This document shows, piece by piece, positions 11,388 through 23,573 of a stretch of DNA of 64,000 nt. Position 1 is the stretch's first letter; every line of letters begins with the position of its first letter. Source of the stretch: Oikopleura dioica (lineage: Eukaryota > Animalia > Chordata); NCBI GenBank assembly GCA_907165135.1, contig OU015567.1, forward strand, positions 3,286,001 to 3,350,000. The letters run 5' to 3'. The position numbers and the translations under genes were made by a program. Below the pieces are notes generated by a model, which was not told where the DNA came from, did not search any database, and was given only the letters and a program-made list of their open reading frames with translations.

Positions 11388-14300
11388 ATGTTGACTCACA
11401 GGACTGTTAAATATTTTGAAAAGCTTCAGTTCTCCAAGAAAAAATCACAAAAAATGACTTTTGAGGCTTTTCCGTACCAATTAACTGAGGAGAAGATTTT
11501 GAAATGGTATTCGTCTTTCGTTAAAAATTTAAAAAGACAAACAAGCAGAGATGATAAAGACAGACTTATTTTATCGCTGGAAAGAGCAGAAATCGAGTAT
11601 TTTAAAAAAGAAGAATGGAAGGAAGTCATCTTTCACAAGAGATATGCAGAAGTCTTTACTGATAACCAGCCGAAAAAGATTGTCGACACAACTTGTTTCC
11701 AAAAAATACTTCTTCGCAAAAATCCGACGCTCATTGATCAATTAATACAGCGATGTGAATTAAAAGAAGAGACAGGTCAATGGCAGACAAATCATCTTTT
11801 TCCAGGCCAAGTTATTTCCGCTGGAGGAGAAGCAATTGTGATGAATGAAAATTTCGATGATCTTAAGGGTGTCAACAACGATCGGATAAGGGTCTATCTT
11901 ATGAGTCGACCAACTGATATCTTTTTATTTAGCTTATGACGATCCCAAATCTTTTTTCAGATCCGAAATATCTCAACTAGATCACGAGATACGCAACATT
12001 CTATGGGCGCGCTAATACACTAGAGCTCTGTAGAAAGTCACTGTTAGAAAGGTCATTTTTTAATTTGCGGTTTTATATAGCAAACTATATATTTTCTGAA
12101 AGCTCGAAAAATTCTCTATTCACTGATACCAATATCGATAAGATCAGGCAAGTTTTTCAAGTTCGAACTGCGCGCCAAAAGTCGCAAACACCTGCTCTTT
12201 GGCGCCGGAAAAGGGGATTAAGGGATTAATCAGTGCACAATCTGAGTGCACCGGGAGATTGTCTAAGAGTAAAACCATAATCCATGTGAAAATGAGAAAA
12301 TTCCAATTTCAGGAACTGAACTAGAATCGTGCTCAAACTTTGAAAAAATCGTTGCATCACATTATGCATGCAAACAGGTGCATGCAGCTCAATTTTCAAA
12401 AATCCGTCAAATTAAACTAATAGTTTAGCGTTCAACCTTTCATCTTGAGAAAAATGAAAGGAATTGAATTTCGGGAAGTTACCGAATCTACAGGTACAAT
12501 TTTGGTGAGATCAAGCATTTAAACGTCCTTTGGAGCGGCGGTGGGGATTAATGGATTAGTTTTTTAAAATTTCGCCAAATTAAACTAATAAATCAGGGTT
12601 GAATGTAATATATCATCCAAAAAAATAACTGAATACGATACGGGAAGGTACTGAAACTACAGTCACAAAATTGGCCAGATCGTTGTTGACATCCTTAAGG
12701 TTGCTGTGAGGATTCAAGCATTTGATTCAGCCCTTTTCACAAGAAATTGTGAGCTTACTATTCCCGTTATACACATGTCTAAAAGTATGTATGAACGAAC
12801 TTATTGATATAGATTATTTTTCTTCTGCAAGATGTATGGACACATAAAATTATAATTAAGATTTTGAAAAGGAAATTATACCGAACCATACGAACATTAT
12901 TCGGCATTTTTGCAATATTGAAATATTTAATGAGGAAGACAGTGAACAGGAGGACTGCTTGGGCTGGATAACAATCATGGAACGATGTGAGAAAGATTTA
13001 AAAAAATATCTCTGCGACAATGATGTTCTCATAGATGAAAGAAAAAGTATTGCTACCGGAATTTCAAAAGGACTTGATTACTTGTCCAACGTTATGGGGA
13101 TTGATCATTTCGACAAGAAACCTCAAAATATTTTGATTAAAGGCGGAATTCCAAAGATCATTGATTTTGGTATTCTAAGAGACAAAACTGGACGAAAGAG
13201 CTACAGAAAGATGGGATACGCCAGAAGGGGAAGCAAATACAGAACAGTCGGTTCACTACGTATGTTTTATTTTGTAATGAAAGAGTCATCTATATTCAAG
13301 GCGCTGGTACATCTGGCTTCTGTAATTCAAGACAACTTTTCAATCTCAATAATGTTCCCGACAACGCCAATCTTTATATATTTCTTCTTTGCGACAAGGA
13401 CACAGCACCAAGTCTTCTTTATTATCCAATTACTCAAGAAGAAAAAGAAACGATTCGAGATGAATTAAAAGTTTGTTTACACTTGCGCACTCGTAAAATC
13501 TATAACCCCTGAGCAAACATCGTCCATATTTTAGGCAGCGCCTTACAAACGTGATTGTTTTCCAAAAAGCGCGCCTTGTTCACAAGCCAAGACATTGATT
13601 GAATAATCAAAAAGGTCGATTTTTGCGCAGAGGAAAAGTATGAACTAACACTTTTAATTACCTTTTAAGCGTTTTCATGCAAATAAAATTGTGAGCCAAG
13701 CGTACCTGTATCATCCAAAGAGGGACTTTATCCAGAAAGTTAAGAACATCATCACTTTAAAGCAAAATTTTCCTACACTTTGCATTGACGATAGCAATTT
13801 GACAAAATCATATGATCTGGCGAATTTGAGTCCGCTGATAGAAAAAACTCATCTTTCCGATTTTTATCATCTAACGAAAAACATAACTGACCAAAAAGAC
13901 ACTCTTTTGTGTGTTCCCATTGCAATAAGCAATCTTCTACGATGGGCAATCAAAAATGACTTGGAACTGACCGATGATCTTTTGAACCAGAATTTCTCGT
14001 TTCGATATATATTTTTGCTGGTTATTATGATAATTTATCCTCGAAGTGTGGCGGGATTCAATTTAAATCCGAATGAAGAAGAAAAAGATTATCAGTCCTT
14101 CAGCCAAGTTGAGATTCTTCTAAAGAGAATGAAAATGAAGACATACTTAAACTCGAGTGGATGGGAAATTATCAAAAACCGTCATTTACCGCCAGAATGT
14201 CAAGAGATAGTGAAACCATCTTTGTTTTCATATGAGCAGGGTAAGCAATCTTTACGACTTTGAAAAGAATCGTCGAAAAAAAACTTGGTCGTCATTAAAT

Positions 14301-15061
14301 TTTCAGTATTTCTTCATGAAAATTTCGACTTCACGGAGCCGCTTACCGTCACGGGAGCTTATCTTGAAATCGACGGAAAAGTAACTTACCATCAAATGCT
14401 TTTGGATCGCGTTGAAAATGGCACTTATATTATTCAAAATACACTTTTATGGCATTCTGACCCGCTTATCAGAATTTCATTATTACATCCTTACTACGGC
14501 AGTAGAGAAATGATGGAAGAATGCGATGGTGGCCGTTATAAATACTTCCTTCCAAATAATGGGCCCCTTTGGCTTGTCAATGAGCTCTATCAAAATATGT
14601 GTCCACAAACTTGGTATCTTCTTCCTGGAGCATATTCAATTTCTCTGTCCTATCAACATAACGAAGTCAACAATGAACTCTTCAAAGAACTTATGGGAAG
14701 AAAAGAGTTTTCTATTTATTCCGAAGGAATCAAACGATCATCATCGACTGAAACTGTTTTTATGAGCTCTTCTTTCATTGAGCCTCAATCAATTTGCTTG
14801 AACGAATTCAAAGACGCTGATTCCTGTGTGAACTTTGAAGTTAACTCTCTGCAAAATCGAAGGATCCACGACGAGCTCTTCCGAGAAATAATGATTCAAA
14901 AAAGTTCGAATCGTATGACACAGTCGCTAGAACCTGAAGCGGTTTCTATTGACTTGAGCGTAATAACAGACGAGTCCGATCTTGATTCCTTGCCAGAATA
15001 TATCGAAAAAAGATTGGAAGAAGAATTTTACAAAAAATACCCGTATTTTCAAGAAACCTGA
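11388..15061 (+). CDS. Ser/Thr-type protein kinase domain fused to a papain-like (clan CA) cysteine-peptidase domain
   Basis: Kinase motifs: GQVISAGGEAIV, VAVRIQ, WITIMERCEKDL, HFDKKPQNIL, IIDFG, AGTSGF. In-frame GT-AG splices (13470-13669 and about 14241-14308) lead to TDQKDTLLCVPIAIS and YHQMLLDRVENGTYIIQNT. Confidence 0.8.
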
Positions 15062-15360
15062 AAAACAAAATAGGGCCCAATTGTGCTTGTGATTTCCTGA
15101 CAGCAAAGAAGGCGAATATTTTAAAAGAAAAATCAAATAAAATTATTCTTTTTCCTGCAAAAAAATAAATGCGGCCCTTGGAAAAAAAAGTTTTCGTTGC
15201 ACCAAACTTCAACAATTCTGGTATCCTAGTGTTTTTTATAATAATGAAAATTTTTATTTGTGGCTTGATATTTTACGTATTGAGCAAAAGTTTATTTACA
15301 GTACTGCTAATAATAAGCAAAACAGCCTCTTGTGCTTGGTCAAGTGGGATCTTTGAATAT

Positions 15361-18104
15361 TTACAGTAGGAAAACCGTTGTTATGACTGCAAGAAGAGAT
15401 GAGAAAATAGCTGTTTTCCCAGAGCTCTTCTTGAAGCCGGGCTTCAGATTGTTATCGCAACAGTAGGCAGGAGCATTGGAAGAAATTTCACTTGTTGGCG
15501 CAGTGATTTCAATTTTTCCTTTGAATTTAATATTAGAAATTAACTCTATTGTTTTCGTTTTTACCCGCGAAACAAGTGTATCCATTCCACAAAACCGAAT
15601 TTGGGTCGCAGTTTTTCGCCATTTTCGCCAATTTTCCTTCCGCGATCCAACCCCAGAAAGGTGATTTTAATGTTGAGTAACCCCAAATTTTCAGCAGTTC
15701 ATCAGCCTAAAAAAATTCATTAACAACTGAGAAATGGAAGCCAAAAAACCTGGCATAATTGCTTGTCTTGTTGTTTGCATCCTTTTTCAGCAAGTTGCTT
15801 ATGTGGAAAATACGAGTCAGTAAGAGTTGCCCCGGCCATTACTCCACAGCAAAGCCCGTTTGAAAGAACCGCCTTTTTGATTGCGCTCGTTTCGAGAACT
15901 CCGTTGATGCACTCGTAACTAAAAAAGAAGTATCATTCTGAGCCCAGGTTAATCCGCTGCTCACCCCTCCCAAAGAACATCGGCGACGTTGCAAGATTTC
16001 ATCCTCGCCAGTCGAGGGCCTTTGCCACGAGAGTCGTAGAGAAGCCACGATTTGATACCTGGATCTTCGATGTTTAAGCCCATTAGAATTTGTTTTTGGG
16101 TACAGAGCTAAAAAATGCGCAATTCTTTGTAAACAATTTGATAATTACCTGTCGACCCATAGCAACACACTCTTCGCCAGCAAGACTTTGGCCATCGTAA
16201 ACTCCAGAAGTGACGGAAAACATTTCGTGATCAAAGAAAATTCTTTCTTCTAATAATTATCTTGATTTTTTTTCTTGAGACATAAAACTTACCGACTGTG
16301 TTTTGTCCTGGCATGATTTCTCCTTCTTCTGATGTCTCGTACGGCATCGGTGGACCGTTTGTTGAAGTCTTATTCTGTTCTGGGGAGGTAAGATCGGTCG
16401 ATTTTAACATCACTTTTGGTCCTTCTACCAGCTTAGTTGGCAGTTTTTTCTTTGGTTGCATCGGTGCTTTTGGCATTATCGCTGGGCTCATTGGTAAACC
16501 GGCTGGAGGAGGAAGCATTCCAGGTGGAAACATTGGGAAACCATTTGGAAGCATCGGCATCATTCCATTTGGTAACATTGGTGGCATAGGTGGCATCATT
16601 GGCATGCCATTCGGCATCATTGGGAACGCACCCGGCATCATTGGAACTCGATTTTGAAGAGAAGATTTCTTTGGGGAGTTGTCCTGATATCTTGTTTTAG
16701 GAATGATACCAAGCTTCGGATTCTCCACTGTTTCCATTGGATTGTGGCTTGTAAAGTCTTTCGATTTTTTGTTGCTGACTTTTGGGAAGGTGTACACGTG
16801 GATTTTGTCTTCTTGAGGGATGATGATTTCCGGTCGGCCATCTCCAGTAATATCTGCAATATCAAAGAGTCCAATTCTTCCATAACTCGGCGCAGCGACC
16901 ATTTTCGAGAATGCGAAGCCTTTGTTGCCCTTTGGCTCTAGAATGTAGCTTCCTCCATCGGCTGAGCCGGAGACAAAAACATGCGGGCGGGAATTTCCTC
17001 GAGTCTTTGGATCGGGCCAGAAAGCCTGAGCACGACCCGGGGAGCCGTCAATATCAAAACCAGCCGCGATTACGTTTCTCTTCCACTGACCATGGAGGAA
17101 GTCATCTGGAACTTGGTAGGCGAGCACGTGACCTCGACCACCGCCTCTTTTGATAACAGAAGTCAGCACATCAAATCTACCGTCATTGTTGATATCCACA
17201 ATTTGGACATCATTATACGGCCCGTAATTATCCACCACTCGATGGCGCACTTCTTGTTTCTTCAAAAACTTGTCACCTTTGTTCACTGTCCAGACAATCC
17301 CCAATGTACTGTATTTTCGCCCAGCAACGATGAAGTATCTCTTGTTTCGTCGCTCAAGAAGTTCGAAATTCGCATCTGCCATTCCTTCATGAAGAGAAGT
17401 AGCCGGCCAATGCCCATTTCCGCCCGGCTGTTTTAGCCAAAGAAGCTCTCCTTTTGCCCCGATGGAATTCGACAAACTTCTTGCAGTGATGACATCGAGT
17501 TTTCCATCCAAATCCATATCCACGAATCTCAGGTTTTCATAAGTATAATCATCATCGCCCGAAATTCCTTTATAATTTGTTCCTTTTGGTTTCGGATTTA
17601 CAAAGAAAACATGCCCAGATGTTCCATTAAAAGCCGCTGAAGTGATCCACCATTTTCCCCTCGCGCCGGGGAACGTTGCGTCAGGAACGCGGCCGATATT
17701 TGTTGGGTAGGCGATTGAGTCGATCATTGCTCGGGGAACCATTCTCTTGACGCTCATTGATTTTGATTTGACGTTGTCGATGATTCCGATGTAGTGTGGG
17801 CCGAAAAGGGTGAGATGGCCATTAAGAACTTTTACCCCGTCGACCTGCACACTGAAAAAAGAATTTATATCTCAAAGATTTGAATATTTTGAGTTGAAAG
17901 GACCATAAGAGGAAAAATCGTTTTTGATTATAAAAATTTCTTTTTAGTAAAAAATTTGATAAGAAAAATCGAAGTGGAATGTAGGAAATTATTGAAGTTG
18001 GAATTCTAGATTCTAATTTCTAAAACTTACTCTGATTTCAGGGTATACAACTTCTTCGGAGCCAAAGCTGTAGCTACTGCTATCAGTCCTTCGAATATTC
18101 TCAT
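15361..18104 (-). CDS. Secreted, probably GPI-anchored FG-GAP/VCBS beta-propeller protein with a Pro/Met-rich linker and two Cys-rich Link/C-type-lectin-like modules
   Basis: Signal MRIFEGLIAVATALA (ATG 18104). Repeats VDMDLDGKLDVI, VDINNDGRFDVL, ADITGDGRPEII. All downstream introns splice in frame to a hydrophobic end SSGKTAIFSSLLAVITTVFLL-stop. Confidence 0.8.
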
Positions 18105-18543
18105 CTCTCAGAAAATAAACTGCTTTCTCTACAAAAGGACTTGTTTTTGGAACGATAAAAATAAAGTCTGATGAAAGATGCAATTGAAAATAGTGAGCTG
18201 CTGCTACTAATCTGAGGCAGTAACGCCCGCGGCAAGAAAGTGTTCTGACTCTATCAATTCTCATTCGACAGCAACACCACCACGGGCGACCTTTGGAGGA
18301 GAAGCACTGGTTATTGCATTCCTTGGAATTGACCGTTTTCTTTTTTAGTCATTTGTTAGCATAAAAATTTGTATTACAGAACATGATTAATTGAATGAAT
18401 AATTTGGGCGGTTGAAAGTATCCTTCTGACCAAATATCTTTCATACAAAAGATCGACTATTAGTGCTAGAAGCAGGGAATAAGTGATAAACTTTTAATCT
18501 CAAAAAGTCATTGTTCCTTTATCAAACCCGAGTTTCCGGGGCT

Positions 18544-18948
18544 AACCAAAATCAGTAAGTCTGGGGCTTGGACGTGACACCGTAGGACCAAGTAAGAAAG
18601 TATCATACATTGAAGGACTGAATAAGAAAGTATCATACATTGAAGTATAAAATTATAATGTAAATCCAAGTCAGGACTGTGCAAAATTGGATCGGTGAAA
18701 CTAGTAAGTATTAAAAAAGTTTGGGTTTCTTATTGGCCGGTAGGCCAAATACAGCAATCTTATTGGCCCTCCTAAAAATCACTTACTTTTTTTCAAATAA
18801 GGATCTTAAATTTTTCATTTTTTCCACTAAGAACATTAAACGATTCTTTTTTTCCAATAAGAATATTAAATCTTACTTTAATGTATGATACTTTCTGATT
18901 TGGTCCTACGCTGTCACGTCCTAGCTCCGGACATACTTATTTTGGTTT
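18544..18948. mobile_element. MITE-like element with about 70-bp imperfect terminal inverted repeats
   Basis: Left end AACCAAAATCAGTAAGTCTGGGGCTTGGACGTGACACCGTAGGACCAAG matches the reverse complement of the right end (AACCAAAATAAGTATGTCCGGAGCTAGGACGTGACAGCGTAGGACCAAA). No coding capacity. Confidence 0.75.
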
Positions 18949-19083
18949 GTGCCGAGTTTCCTCCAGGGCATACAGAAATCGATCTCATTGAGAAGTTTTT
19001 TCAGAATTATTGACTTCTGGCAAATAAACGCGCCCTAAAGAATACTCGAGAAAACAAAGGGCAAAGGATAGACCTTCAGAGAA

Positions 19084-20558
19084 ATGAAGGAAACTGCGAT
19101 TGTTGTTGGCGCTGGTCTCGGAGGGATGACAACTGCGCTATCCCTCGGTATTTTGAAATATTTTCAATTCGAAATGAAGGAATCTTTTTTAGCTTTCCAT
19201 GGGTTTAAAGAAATCAGAATCTACGAAAAATCAACGAAGATCTTGAATCCGATCGGTGCTGGACTCGGTATTCAAGGCGCAACTCTGTGCCTTGACAAAA
19301 TGAATCTGACTCATGTTTGGAAAAAAGTCGGTCACCCAGTCTATGAAGCAAGAGTTACCGCTGGCCATGAGAAACTTAGCAGTCTAAACATCAAAAAACT
19401 TCTTGGAGGAACGGTTCTTGAAGATCATTTTATGATGACAAAGAGAAATGCTCTTATGAAAGAGCTCTGGGCTGAATGTGAGAAAAATCCAAAAGTAGGA
19501 ACCAAAATACATTTCTTAAACCAAAAAAATCAAGATAAAAACGAAACTTGGTGTCAAAGTAACGGAATACAAGAACACTGATTCCGGGGCTGAAATCACC
19601 TTCGCCGACGGAACAACAGATTCAGCAGATATCGTCGTTTCAGCAGATGGGATTCACTCAATCGGTCGAGATTTCGTCGATCCAGATTGTCCACCGCCAG
19701 AGCACTCTGGACTTTGCGTTTTTTATTGTCTTCTGAAAGATATCGACAAGGAGAGATTCCCGGATAACTCGAGTAAGAGGAATATCGATGATCTTTCTCT
19801 ATAATCTTTCTAATAGCTCTCGAATTGCACCTAAACATGGGAATGGCCATGGTCATGCGAGTTAGTGAAACTGACGGGATGATTGTTGTGGCTCATCAAG
19901 CGTCCGAAAAATGGAATGTCGACAGTCAAAAATGGACGTCTGTAGCTCTAGAATTTGAACTTTCATCAAAAATTTCTAGATTCGACGTCTCTCCTCAAAT
20001 CTTCCACGAATTGATGGAAGACCATGATTTCTACAAAGAACAGGACTGGATCGACGAGAAAATGATCAAAAACGTCCACTGCCTCAGCCACCTTGGGATC
20101 TATCAACAACCACACGTCTCCAACTGGTACAAGGGAAATGTCATTTTGGTCGGTGATGCTGCTCATGCCACATCGCCATTTATGGGGCAAGGCGCGAATC
20201 AAGCGATGATTGATGGATATTACTTGGGAAGATGTTTGAACGAATCCGAAGATGTTCCAACAGCTTTCGAGAAGTTCTTCAAAGCGCGAGATGCAACAAC
20301 TCGGAAAATCATCAATTCGTCAAAAGGTTTTCAACCTTTACGATTACTCTTGCCAATTTCATTCTAGAGCTCGGCCACATGAGGACCGGAACGTCATTCT
20401 GGAATCGAATCAAGCGCTCTGGAGTACGATTCGGCCTTCGAATTGCTTCAAATGTGGGGATGAATCTAGCTGAGGATCAAATGCGAAAGTTTATGCTCGG
20501 AAACATGGTTCCTTCTTTTATGAACGAGGACGAGTTTCTTGAAAGCGAGATAAATTGA
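19084..20558 (+). CDS. FAD-dependent monooxygenase (UbiH/salicylate-hydroxylase-like, FAD_binding_3)
   Basis: VVGAGLGG Rossmann motif, ADIVVSADGIHS (DG motif), VILVGDAAHATSPFMGQGANQAMIDG (GD motif); four canonical introns. Confidence 0.9.
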
Positions 20559-20654
20559 AAATGAGACAATAAAAAGATACATAAACGATTCTTTTTATCA
20601 AGTTCTAGTTTTATTCTTTGTTCAGAAAAGATTCGATTGCGCAGTTTTTATAGT

Positions 20655-22580
20655 TTATCGCATCTGTTTTTCCATCATCTTCCCGAATTCCGAGTTGAGC
20701 AGATTCTTTGGAAATGATAAGAATAAAGACCTTTCTATTGAATGCTCGTTCTTACCTAAGCAAGAGTCGGGATCAACATTTCTCCAGTCAACCTTCTGGC
20801 TTCCTTTAACAAGCAAATAGAATTCGTCCTTGTTCATGAATTTTCGAAAATTCGTCGCCGGCAAGTCTTGATCGATGACTCCCTTGAGACGAAATTGCAA
20901 AATCACGCTTTAGTTTTCCATTGTAAGTTTTTCCGTCAGTAATCGAAAGATAGCTCTCACCTGGTCTGACTGCGCTCCTCCGCGATTGAAGTAAAGTCTA
21001 AGTCGTAGCAAGAAACTGTTTACGGGTCAAGTTTGACAGGACTTATCAGATGCAGTTTCCTTCCGCCCAAGGACGTACAACTGTGCGGCCTTTTTATCAT
21101 GACATGGACCCGTTTCCTATATCGAGGAATTCAAAGCTCACGAGTTTTTCTCTAACAGAATTGATAAAATTGACGCCACATTTGACCTTCGGAAATCTGA
21201 TGAAGCCAATATACGTTTGGCGACGGATATCAACCGTGGGATGCGTGTTAGGCACGCTGAATTTCAGCATTTTTGAATCGGGACCGTTCAGCATGACTTA
21301 AATTTACTGGAATTTGGCGAAAGGGGGGTCCCGTGGGCGTTATTTTCTGTATTAGACTAAGGGTAAGGTTAGCCCTTCTTGAAGGTCCCTAACCCTAACC
21401 CCCGAAAGGACAAGGGAAGTTCAAGTAACCCTACCTTGTCCGGTTCTTATTTTCTTCCATTGAATCCTCCCACAGGTTTCAACTTCCTTCCTGGGATAAA
21501 ACGTAGACCCGAGTGCCCGCATCTGGAGGCCCTCGAGCTGTCCAGCTTTGAGTTTACACAGGACACTTCGTTTCATCTCACAATTTTGCTCGCACTCAAC
21601 ATCCGAGTTCGATATCTTTTCAAATTTGCTATTCGAAGGGCAAAATTTTATTAGTTTATGAACTCTTCCAGGAATAGCCAGACCGAAGACACATTTCAAA
21701 ACAGATTGGCTAAAAAATTCATGATCATTTCTACATAAATTCGACCACTTACGGGCAAGTCCCAGTTTCCAAAGTCAAGACTTACTCTAGAATTGACCTT
21801 TATCTTTGACCTTGTGTTTTTGATCGGCTCGTAATCGTATGTAAACTCGTCAGATTTCCAAGAAGAAGCAAGTTTGCTGAAGGATTCGTCGCTGACATCA
21901 TCATTTAAAATATTTGCGAGTTGGAATGAAGGTGTTTGCCGGAGAAAATAGCCAAGCCAGACCGAAGATCCAAGAAAATCTTAAATAAATCCATTGTCTA
22001 CCGGACAATTCTTCAAATTTAAGGGCTTGAAGCAGACCTTTCTCCTTGGTGTTGTTTTCTTTGCAGTTTGTTAGGAGACTGAATCCGGGCTTTTTCATGG
22101 ACAAGATTTTTTCTTGTCAGAAGGAAGCAGACTTGACAAGCCCAGTATCTACAGAGCAGCGCGCCGACGGCATCGTTTGTCGCCTCACTTTTTTCGGCTA
22201 TTTCTGCGATCGAAAGAGATAAAACAAAGATACTTTGAATGCAGCCGATTTCCTGTCAATCGTCGCGAGGTGCCCACCAAACGAGTCACATGCTGAAAAA
22301 TTTTTGTTTGAATAGTAACTACGACAGCTTTTTTGTTTGTTTTTCGGTTACCTTGCTCTCCTTCTGACCAGGTCAGTTGGTCATCTTTTCAAGGTCATAA
22401 GGTCTGATATAGACATTTATAAAAATTTTTTAAGGGTGTCCCCCTTTAAAATATTTATTTGGCAACCTTTCCTAGAAAAAGAAACTCTTCTTTGTCGAAC
22501 GAGAAACTGATGAATTTATCTTTGAAATTTCCATAACTCTCTGCGAAATAAAAAACAAAAAGGAATGTCTTCAACTTCAT
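20655..22580 (-). CDS. Secreted C-type lectin-domain protein with an uncharacterised C-terminal region
   Basis: Signal MKLKTFLFVFYFAESYG; LTWSEGEQACDSFGGHLATID, SVWLGY, KCVFG, CEMKRSVLCK. The 3' exons are only partly resolved. Confidence 0.6.
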
Positions 22581-23061
22581 CTGAAACGATTCCTGGCAAG
22601 GCTGAGCAAAAAGGACGGGCTTGTTTTGGAGATTAAGTTCTTTGGACCGCATCGTTTTTAAAATTGCGTTTTTGGGTTTTTATTGCGACAATTATGGAAG
22701 AGCTTGTAAGAAGATATGAATTGCGGAGAAAGTTCTGACTTCAGAAGTCAAGTTCTACAGATTGGCTTCCGATGAGCACAAGTGCACCGGAAACATGAAG
22801 CGGAAGAATCAGAGCACGAGATAAAAATATCAATAAAGGCAACGATGAGATATATCATACTATAATAATAAATGTCTATAAATATATCTCTATAAATATA
22901 TAATAAAGATGTCTACAGGGGGTGGAGACATGTTTGAAATCCCGGGTAAAGGCTTGCTTTCACCGGTAGGACGAAAGATAGGAAAAGAACTTTTTTGAAT
23001 AAGGGTTCTTTCTTGAACTGATGTTTAAAATATCGTAAAGTTGACGAGTATTTAATACATA

Positions 23062-23143
23062 ATCTCGTTTATTGCTGAAGCTTTTCGCCTTTCGGTAGCA
23101 CTGATGATGCCGAAAGGCGAAAAGCTTCTGCAATAAACGAGAT
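23062..23143. other. Near-perfect 34-bp inverted repeat (hairpin)
   Basis: ATCTCGTTTATTGCTGAAGCTTTTCGCCTTTCGG ... CCGAAAGGCGAAAAGCTTCTGCAATAAACGAGAT, with one mismatch and a spacer of about 14 nt. Confidence 0.9.
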
Positions 23144-23573
23144 AATGATGTTTAAAATATTTAATCAATTCAATTGTGCCCTCCCTAAAAAAATTTCTTT
23201 TTATAGTTAAAAAAAATATTTACGATTCAATTTCGTGGTCGAAAGAATCGACAAAAAAACCTCAAGTTTGACGAAAATTTTGGTCAAAATTTTTTTCAAC
23301 CGAAAGATTTGTTTTTTTTTCGTCTTCCTCTTTATAACTTCCATGCTGAAATGGCGTGGCTGTTGAACTACCTTGCTTGTGACTGTCGATTACCTTGGCG
23401 GTGTATTTGCTTAGTTCACAGGACCACACATAAAACGCCATGCCTCTGCCTTCGCGGACCGTTTCTAATGACCCTCAATTAATGAAAACAAATCTTGTCC
23501 TTTTTTCGATACGGTTGCAAAAGTGTAAATTTGCTAATCTCATCAAAAGCAGATATAGAAACATTAATTGAAA

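Noticed and set aside
16298-17436. Several plus-strand ORFs of 80-150 aa
   Set aside because: They are antisense to the long FG-GAP exon; their composition follows from the Pro/Met-rich codons.
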